Shown here: piece after piece, positions 57,729 through 64,000 of the stretch
How the letters are laid out: every line of letters starts with the position of its first letter
Position numbering within the stretch: position 1 is the stretch's first letter
From: an uncultured Acidobacteriota bacterium
Lineage (GTDB): Bacteria; Acidobacteriota; Thermoanaerobaculia; Gp7-AA8
Direction of reading: 5' to 3'
Assembly (NCBI GenBank): GCA_963741955.1
Contig: CAVUKB010000007.1
Span: forward strand, 640,001 to 704,000
DNA length: 64,000 nucleotides
Notes under the pieces: model-generated
Told to the model about the DNA's origin: nothing
Seen by the model: the letters and a program-made list of their open reading frames with translations, nothing else
The model's database searches: none
Made by a program: the position numbers and the translations under genes

Positions 57729-59723
57729 ATGTCCGAGCGACCTTCTTCCCGTCTCTCCGCGCCCGAAGAGCTCAGTCTCTTCGTCGTGAACGTGCTCGAC
57801 TATGCGGTGGTTCTCCTCTCTCCGGACGGTGAGATCCGTTCGTGGAACGCGGGCGCCACCCGCATCATGGGATACGAGGCGACCGAGGCGCACGGACGGA
57901 ACTTTTCGATCTTCTACGGACCGGAGGACCTTGCCCGGAGAAAGCCCGAGAACGAGCTCCGGGATGCCGCGGAATTCGGACGGATCGAGGACGAAGGGTG
58001 GCGCATCCGGAAGGACGGCACCCGCTTCTGGGCCAACACCACCATCACTGCGCTGAAGAACAGTGATGGGAGTGTCCGGGGATACCTGAAGATCACGCGC
58101 GACCTGACCGAGCGCCGCGAAGCGGAGGAGCAGCTCCGGCGGAGCGAGGAGATGTTCCGCCTCCTGGTGGACAGCGTCCAGGACTACGCGATCTTCATGC
58201 TCGACCCGGAGGGGAACATCAACAGCTGGAACCACGGAGCGCAGCGCATCAAGGGATACCGACCCGAGGAGATCATCGGCAGGCATTTTTCCGTCTTCTA
58301 CACTCCTGAAGACCGGAAGGCTCGAAAGCCGGAGCGGAATCTCGAGAACGCAATCAGGCACGGCCGCTTCGAAGAGGAAGGATTGCGGGTCCGGAAGGAC
58401 GGCACACGCTTCTGGGCCAATGTCGTCATCACTGCGGTACACGACGACACGGGAGTGCTTCGAGGGTTCGCGAAGGTGACTCGTGACGTGACGGCGCGGC
58501 GCGAGGCTGAAGAGACGCGGCGCCGCCTTCTCGAGCAGCACGAGGCGCGTCTCCTCGCGGAGGAGGAGAAAAATCACGCCGAGACCGCATACCGGGCGGC
58601 CTCCGAGGCGAACCGCGCCAAGGACGAGTTCCTGATGACTCTCTCCCACGAGTTGCGGACGCCGATGACCGCGATCCTCGGCTGGTCCCGGATGCTCCCG
58701 GCCATGAAGCAGGGCGATCCGATGTTTCGCGAAGCGATCCAGTCGATTGCACGGAGCGCGACCCTGCAGGCGAAGCTGATCGACGACGTCCTCGACGTCT
58801 CGCGCATCGTTTCAGGCAAGCTGCAGTTGTCTCCCGAGAACGTGGAGATCGTGCCGATCCTGAAGGCTTCGATCGACGCCGTCCGGCCAAGTGCGGAGGC
58901 ACGAGGAATCGATCTGGTGAGCACGTTCTCGCCTGACGTCGGAATGGCCACGGTCGATCCGGTCCGGCTTCAGCAGATCGTCTGGAATCTCCTGGCGAAC
59001 GCGGTGAAGTTCACCCCGAAGGGGGGGCGGGTCGAGCTCGCCGCCTCGCGCACCGATCCCGATCTCCGGATCGACGTCAGCGATTCGGGAGAGGGAATCG
59101 ATCCCGAGTTTCTTCCCCACATGTTCGAGCCGTTCCGACAGGCCGAGACTCCGTCGACGCGCGTGCATGGAGGTCTGGGACTCGGCCTCTCCATCGTGCG
59201 CTACCTCACCGAGGCGCACGGAGGAAGGGTGTGGGCGGAGAGTGATGGACACGGGAAAGGGGCGCGTTTCTCCGTCGCGCTTCCGATCCGGGCCGTCCAG
59301 TCCGGAGCACCCGAGGAACCTTCCGGACCGCCTGTCGAAGAGTCGACTCCCCTCTCCGGTCGGCGGATTCTGGTCGTGGACGACGACAGAGAAGGGCGGA
59401 TGCTGGTCGCCACGGCGCTCCGACTCGCGGGAGCGGATGTAGAGGCGGTCGACTCGGCGTACGTGGCCATCGAGTACCTCGAGAAGCAGCGGCCGGACGT
59501 GGTCATCACGGACATCGCAATGCCCATGATGGATGGGCATACACTGCGAAAGGAGATCCGGAGCCGCGAACATCTCGCCGGAATGAAGATTGTTGCACTC
59601 ACCGCGTTCCCGCCCACGAAGTCGGGAAGTGACGAGAGCGACTTCGACGAGTATCTACGGAAGCCGATCGACCCGTACGAGCTGTCGGAGCGTATCCGCC
59701 AGTTGCTGCTGCGCTCCGCGTGA
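57729..59723 (+). CDS. Hybrid sensor histidine kinase (2 PAS/PAC, HisKA, HATPase, receiver)
   Basis: WNAGA and RKDGTRFWAN twice, LSHELRTP, NAVKFT, GLGLGL and VVDDD..DIAMP..KP. Confidence 0.95.
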   Translation: MSERPSSRLSAPEELSLFVVNVLDYAVVLLSPDGEIRSWNAGATRIMGYEATEAHGRNFSIFYGPEDLARRKPENELRDAAEFGRIEDEGWRIRKDGTRFWANTTITALKNSDGSVRGYLKITRDLTERREAEEQLRRSEEMFRLLVDSVQDYAIFMLDPEGNINSWNHGAQRIKGYRPEEIIGRHFSVFYTPEDRKARKPERNLENAIRHGRFEEEGLRVRKDGTRFWANVVITAVHDDTGVLRGFAKVTRDVTARREAEETRRRLLEQHEARLLAEEEKNHAETAYRAASEANRAKDEFLMTLSHELRTPMTAILGWSRMLPAMKQGDPMFREAIQSIARSATLQAKLIDDVLDVSRIVSGKLQLSPENVEIVPILKASIDAVRPSAEARGIDLVSTFSPDVGMATVDPVRLQQIVWNLLANAVKFTPKGGRVELAASRTDPDLRIDVSDSGEGIDPEFLPHMFEPFRQAETPSTRVHGGLGLGLSIVRYLTEAHGGRVWAESDGHGKGARFSVALPIRAVQSGAPEEPSGPPVEESTPLSGRRILVVDDDREGRMLVATALRLAGADVEAVDSAYVAIEYLEKQRPDVVITDIAMPMMDGHTLRKEIRSREHLAGMKIVALTAFPPTKSGSDESDFDEYLRKPIDPYELSERIRQLLLRSA

Positions 59724-60399
59724 AGCCCGCGAGCCGCGAGCGCAGCGACCGGCGAAGACATCCCTCACATCGCGGGGCTCTCCGCACCGTACGTTCGCTC
59801 CACAGATCGTGTCGAGAGGCATTCCACCGACTGTGCTCATTTGTAGGCGGGAGAGCTCTGACCGCGGTACCTCACATTTCAACGTGACGCTCGCATCACG
59901 CACAGAGGTGATGCGGCGACAATGGGCGGCCGATTCGTCGGAAGTATCGACCGGCGAACCGACGTAACCCTCGCGACGCCCGGAAGATGGGCGATATCGA
60001 TGTGTGAAGACGTGCCGCCGCGCGCACCTGAAGCGGGTCGCTTCCCGCCGTTGTGCAATGCAGCGGGTCCCCCTCGTTTCGGTTGCGTGATGCATTTGGA
60101 TCAATACAATCGACTCTTCGGGATGCCGTAGCGCATAGCTTCCGACTCGGCGTGCGTGTTGATCGACAGGACACAGGACTCATGAGTCTCCCGCCTTCAA
60201 CGGTTTTGAATCCGGTGAGCGACTGGACCCGCTCGCATCGGACAAACGACTCCTGCCGGACCTCGCACCCTCCAACGTTCGACACCTTCACCTTCGTCTC
60301 ACGGACTGCCGCGCCCTCCCGTCGCGGCCTGCTGTCGGAGAGGCTCTCGCGTATGTGACGAGCACAATAAGGACGAAGAAACAATCAGGAGACTCGGAC

Positions 60400-61029
60400 A
60401 TGGGAGAAAGCAAGACGGAAACGATCACCATCACCGACACGACGGCCAACCCCGCGCCACTCGGTCTACTCGCATTCGGCGTCACGACAGTTCTGCTGAA
60501 CATGCACAATGCCGGCTGGTTCGGCATGTCCAGCATGATCCTGTCGATGGGAATCTTCTACGGCGGAATGGCCCAGGTCTTCGCCGGCTGGATGGAATGG
60601 AAGAAGGGCAATACTTTCGGCACGGTCGCGTTCACTTCGTACGGCCTGTTCTGGTTGTCGCTGGTTTTCCTGCTTCTCGCGCCGAAGTGGGGATGGACCG
60701 ACGCCCCCGCAGGAATGATCGAATACCTGTTCATGTGGGGACTCTTCACGTTCGTCCTCTGGATCGCGACGCTGAAGCACAATCGCGGATTACAGGTCGT
60801 CTTCTTCACTCTATTCATTCTCTTCTGGCTTCTCGCTCTCGGTGATTACACCGGCAACGCGGCGCTGAAGACGTTCACCGGATACGAAGGAATCTTCTGC
60901 GGACTCTCCGCGATGTATCTCGGCTTCGCACAGGTACTGAACGAGACGTACGGGAGGACGGTCCTCCCGATCGGCATGCCGAAAGCCGCAGCCGCTCCGA
61001 TCCCTGCGCCTGCAGCGGGCAACGCCTGA
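60400..61029 (+). CDS. satP: Acetate/succinate uptake transporter (GPR1/FUN34/YaaH family)
   Basis: [19 protein letters not shown] and SYG.FW; AGGAG RBS. Confidence 0.92.
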   Translation: MGESKTETITITDTTANPAPLGLLAFGVTTVLLNMHNAGWFGMSSMILSMGIFYGGMAQVFAGWMEWKKGNTFGTVAFTSYGLFWLSLVFLLLAPKWGWTDAPAGMIEYLFMWGLFTFVLWIATLKHNRGLQVVFFTLFILFWLLALGDYTGNAALKTFTGYEGIFCGLSAMYLGFAQVLNETYGRTVLPIGMPKAAAAPIPAPAAGNA

Positions 61030-61575
61030 CGAGCGGCGATAGTCGGCAATGTCTGACGGTCACGTCGCCCGGCTCGATTCCGGACGGACCAACCGGACAG
61101 GCCCGGGGTCTGCACGAATGCGGGGGCGGAACGCTCTCCGCTCCCGCATTTCGGCCAAGTGGCACGAGGCCATGCTGCGGTCGCGCATGTGCCGTGATCC
61201 GCGCGGCGGATTACGAATCCGCACTCCAACGGGGCGGGAGTGTGGAAGCTGCCGAGGAGCGAGAAACGGAGCGTGACCGGCTCGGTGGTCTCGTAGCGCG
61301 AGCTCCGAGACGAGATCTCGGACGGAGCTCCGCCAATGGAGGCTTGCGGATCGCATCTCGTCCGGGGAACGCGTTGACGTCAGAACGGCGGTGGCCCGTG
61401 CAGGATCGTTTCCTGTCTGCTGCGGCTCGGGGGCACGTCTCGCGCCGCCTGGCTGGGATTCCGTGGCTCTGAGCAGCCAATTCCCCAATGCGCGAACTCG
61501 CCGAAGTGGACATAATGCACTCGACGGAACCCGCGACCGGCCATTCCGTCGACTTCGTCGATTCCGAGGAGCTTC

Positions 61576-63756
61576 ATGCGCAAGACCGTTCTCATTCTCC
61601 TTCTCGTCCTCGTCTCTGGAACCGCCTTCGCCTCTGAAGGGAAGTGGACTCCGGCCCAGGTGCTGGAGATCGATCCGGCCTGGCTGAAGAGCCAGGGGCT
61701 CGAAGTGCCACCGTCGCGATTGTGGGACGCGCGTACCGGCACGGGCCTTCTCTCGGCCGCGGTGAAGGTCGGCGGCTGCTCGGCCGGATTCATCTCGCCC
61801 GACGGCCTGCTGATCACGAACCACCACTGCCTCTTTTCGCTTCTCCAGCAACACAGCACGCCGGAGAACGACATCATCACCCACGGTTTCGTCGCGCGCG
61901 ACCGGAACGCCGAGTTGCCGGGCCAGTCGATCCGCGTCGCGGTGCCGCAACGGTTCGTCGACGTGACGAAGGAAGTCCTCGCCGCCGTTCCGCACGGAGC
62001 CAGTGATCTCGAGCGGGCGCGATCGATCGACCACGAACGCTCCGATCTCGTCGCGTCGTGTGAGAAGCAGCCGTCGCACCGATGCAATGTCGCAGTGTTC
62101 GAGGGGGGACTGCAGTACGTCCTCGTCGACACAGTCGAGTATCCCGACGTCCGTCTCGTCTACGCGCCACCTCGCGCGATCGGCGAGTACGGTGGCGAGA
62201 CAGACAACTGGATGTGGCCACGCCACACCGGCGACTTTTCCATCGCCCGCGTCTACACCGCTCCGGACGGCGCCGCCGCTCCCTATGGTGCGAACAACAT
62301 CCCGTATCATCCGGCCTTCCACTTTCCCATCGCGAAGGGAGACCTCAGTCCACGCGACTTCGTCATGGTCCTCGGCTATCCGGGCGTGACCTATCGCTCC
62401 CTCGTCGCGGCGGAGATGGCGCAGAAGCGCAACCTCTATTTCCCGCGTCGGGTGGAGGTATACGGAGAATGGATTCGAGCGCTCGAGGAGTCGACGAAGG
62501 AGAGCGCGGAAGGACGGATCGCCGTCGCGGATACTTTGAAGTCGCTTCTCAACCGGTACAAGAACGCGCAGGGGCAGATCGCGGGGCTCGATCGAGGCGA
62601 CATCGTAGCGAAGCAGAAGGCGCAGGACGAGCGCGTGCTCCGGTGGATCACGAACCATCCGAAGTACGCCGGCGCGGCGCGTGCTCATGCGGATCTGGAG
62701 AAGCTCGAAGCCGAACAGCGCAGCAGCTGGGAGCGGGATTTTCTTCTCGAGCAGCTCCCGATCGGCGAGAGTGTGGATCGCTCGTTTTCCGGACCGAAGC
62801 TCCTCTCCGCGGGGACGCTCATCGCGCGCGCCGCAGCGGCGCAGCAGAAGCCCGATGACGAGCGCCCCGAGGCGTTCCGGGATCGGAATCTCGCGCGACT
62901 GCGCGAGCGGCTGAAGCGGGAAGAGAAGAGCTTCTACGCACCGGCGGACCGCGCCGTGCTCGCGTCATGGATTCGACGTGCGCTCGCGCTGCCGGAGGGT
63001 CAGAAGATCGAATCCGTGGAGAAGGCATTCAGCGGACTCACTCCGCAGCAACTGGACGCGAAGATCGGGCTCCTGATGGACGAGACGACGCTCGACGAGC
63101 CGGAGACGCGGCAGGCGATGTTCGGCGAAACACGCGCTCAGCTCCGGGCCCGAAAGGATCCGCTGCTGGATCTGTCGATCGGAGTCGCTGAGGCCCTCGA
63201 CCGGCTGGACGAGAAGAAGGAAGGGTGGGAAGGAACGATCTCGCGGCTGCGGCCACAGTGGCGGCGTGCGGTGATTGCCGAAGCCGGAAAGCCGGTCGCG
63301 CCGGATGCGAACTCCACTCTGCGCGTCAGCTTCGCGCACGTGGAAGGATACGAGCCGCGCGATGCGGTGTTCTATCAGCCCCAGACGACGCTCTCCGGCG
63401 TCGTGGAGAAGAACACCGGTGAAGAGCCGTTCAACGCGCCGGAGCTTCTCCTGAAAGCCGCCGCCGCCCGTGACCTCGGCGCGTTTGCTGATCCCGATCT
63501 GAAGGACGTCCCGATCGATTTTCTGGCCGACGCCGATACCACCGGAGGGAACTCGGGAAGTCCGGTGGTGAACGGCCGGGGTGAGCTGGTGGGGGTGAAC
63601 TTCGACCGGGTGTGGGAGAACGTGGCGAACGACTTCGGCTTCAACCCGGACATCGCCCGGAATGTCAGCGTCGACGTGCGATACCTCCTCTGGCTGCTGG
63701 AGCGGACTCCGGGGGCGCAGTCGCTGATGGAGGAGATCAGGGGCGGGACCGAGTAG
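61576..63756 (+). CDS. S46 family dipeptidyl peptidase
   Basis: Signal peptide; EGKW, TNHHC, NWMWPRHTGDFS, PDANSTLRVSF and DTTGGNSGSP. Confidence 0.95.
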   Translation: MRKTVLILLLVLVSGTAFASEGKWTPAQVLEIDPAWLKSQGLEVPPSRLWDARTGTGLLSAAVKVGGCSAGFISPDGLLITNHHCLFSLLQQHSTPENDIITHGFVARDRNAELPGQSIRVAVPQRFVDVTKEVLAAVPHGASDLERARSIDHERSDLVASCEKQPSHRCNVAVFEGGLQYVLVDTVEYPDVRLVYAPPRAIGEYGGETDNWMWPRHTGDFSIARVYTAPDGAAAPYGANNIPYHPAFHFPIAKGDLSPRDFVMVLGYPGVTYRSLVAAEMAQKRNLYFPRRVEVYGEWIRALEESTKESAEGRIAVADTLKSLLNRYKNAQGQIAGLDRGDIVAKQKAQDERVLRWITNHPKYAGAARAHADLEKLEAEQRSSWERDFLLEQLPIGESVDRSFSGPKLLSAGTLIARAAAAQQKPDDERPEAFRDRNLARLRERLKREEKSFYAPADRAVLASWIRRALALPEGQKIESVEKAFSGLTPQQLDAKIGLLMDETTLDEPETRQAMFGETRAQLRARKDPLLDLSIGVAEALDRLDEKKEGWEGTISRLRPQWRRAVIAEAGKPVAPDANSTLRVSFAHVEGYEPRDAVFYQPQTTLSGVVEKNTGEEPFNAPELLLKAAAARDLGAFADPDLKDVPIDFLADADTTGGNSGSPVVNGRGELVGVNFDRVWENVANDFGFNPDIARNVSVDVRYLLWLLERTPGAQSLMEEIRGGTE

Positions 63757-63789
63757 CCCGCATTGCTCGCCTCGTCCCGGAACCGCGGA

Positions 63790-63999
63790 CTATTCCGTCC
63801 GGAGACTCGAATCTCCCGTCCCGTTGTCGGTGGACGAAACGTAGACCGATACCGCGCCGTCGCCGCCGGTCACCGCGAACTCCACTTCGAGGTTCTGCAG
63901 ATCTCCGAGTTGGCTGCGCACGTCGCCGAGGATCTCCTTCGCGATGTTGTTCAGTTGCCGGAACTCGTGCGGATTGAGCTGATAGCTCTTGCTGATCGA
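63790..63999 (-). CDS. C-terminal fragment of a probably large secreted protein (runs off the right edge)
   Basis: Translated by hand: SISKSYQLNPHEFRQLNNIAKEILGDVRSQLGDLQNLEVEFAVTGGDGAVSVYVSSTDNGTGDSSLRTE*. Confidence 0.7.
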   Translation of the reverse strand, partial: SISKSYQLNPHEFRQLNNIAKEILGDVRSQLGDLQNLEVEFAVTGGDGAVSVYVSSTDNGTGDSSLRTE

Positions 64000-64000
64000 T

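Noticed and set aside
61160-61176. Sigma-54 promoter TGGCACGAGGCCATGC
   Set aside because: GG-GC spacing is one base too long and it is far from a start codon

Overview
GC-rich bacterial chromosome segment, probably Acidobacteriota class Thermoanaerobaculia (inferred from the acidobacterial VWA protein, a C-terminal DNGTGD-type domain and gene order). Most of it is housekeeping DNA: rplU-rpmA-obgE-nadD-rsfS-rlmH, holA-like, panBCD with a pan RNA motif, gap-pgk, mtnA, an M16 protease pair, lhr-nei, bfd-bfr, modBC, nfeD-slipin, satP and several secreted proteins. Accessory DNA comprises a head-to-tail stack of IS1182, IS1380, a frameshifted IS1182 and a MITE at one CTAG site (14907-19984); two MITE families that use the ends of those IS, one nested in the other; REP/BIME-like arrays; two ~120-bp tandem arrays; and heptamer tracts that begin at stop codons. 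The two most unusual signals are (1) a dual-coded Doc/Fic locus, where a histone-H1-like tail fused to a degenerate Doc domain overlaps a second frame ending in an antitoxin-like helix, and (2) a short R-[RH]-R-[GSA]-[VI] motif shared by four unrelated exported proteins, a possible lineage-specific sorting or anchoring signal. No tRNA, rRNA or CRISPR array was recognised. All family assignments come from reading motifs by eye, not from database searches.
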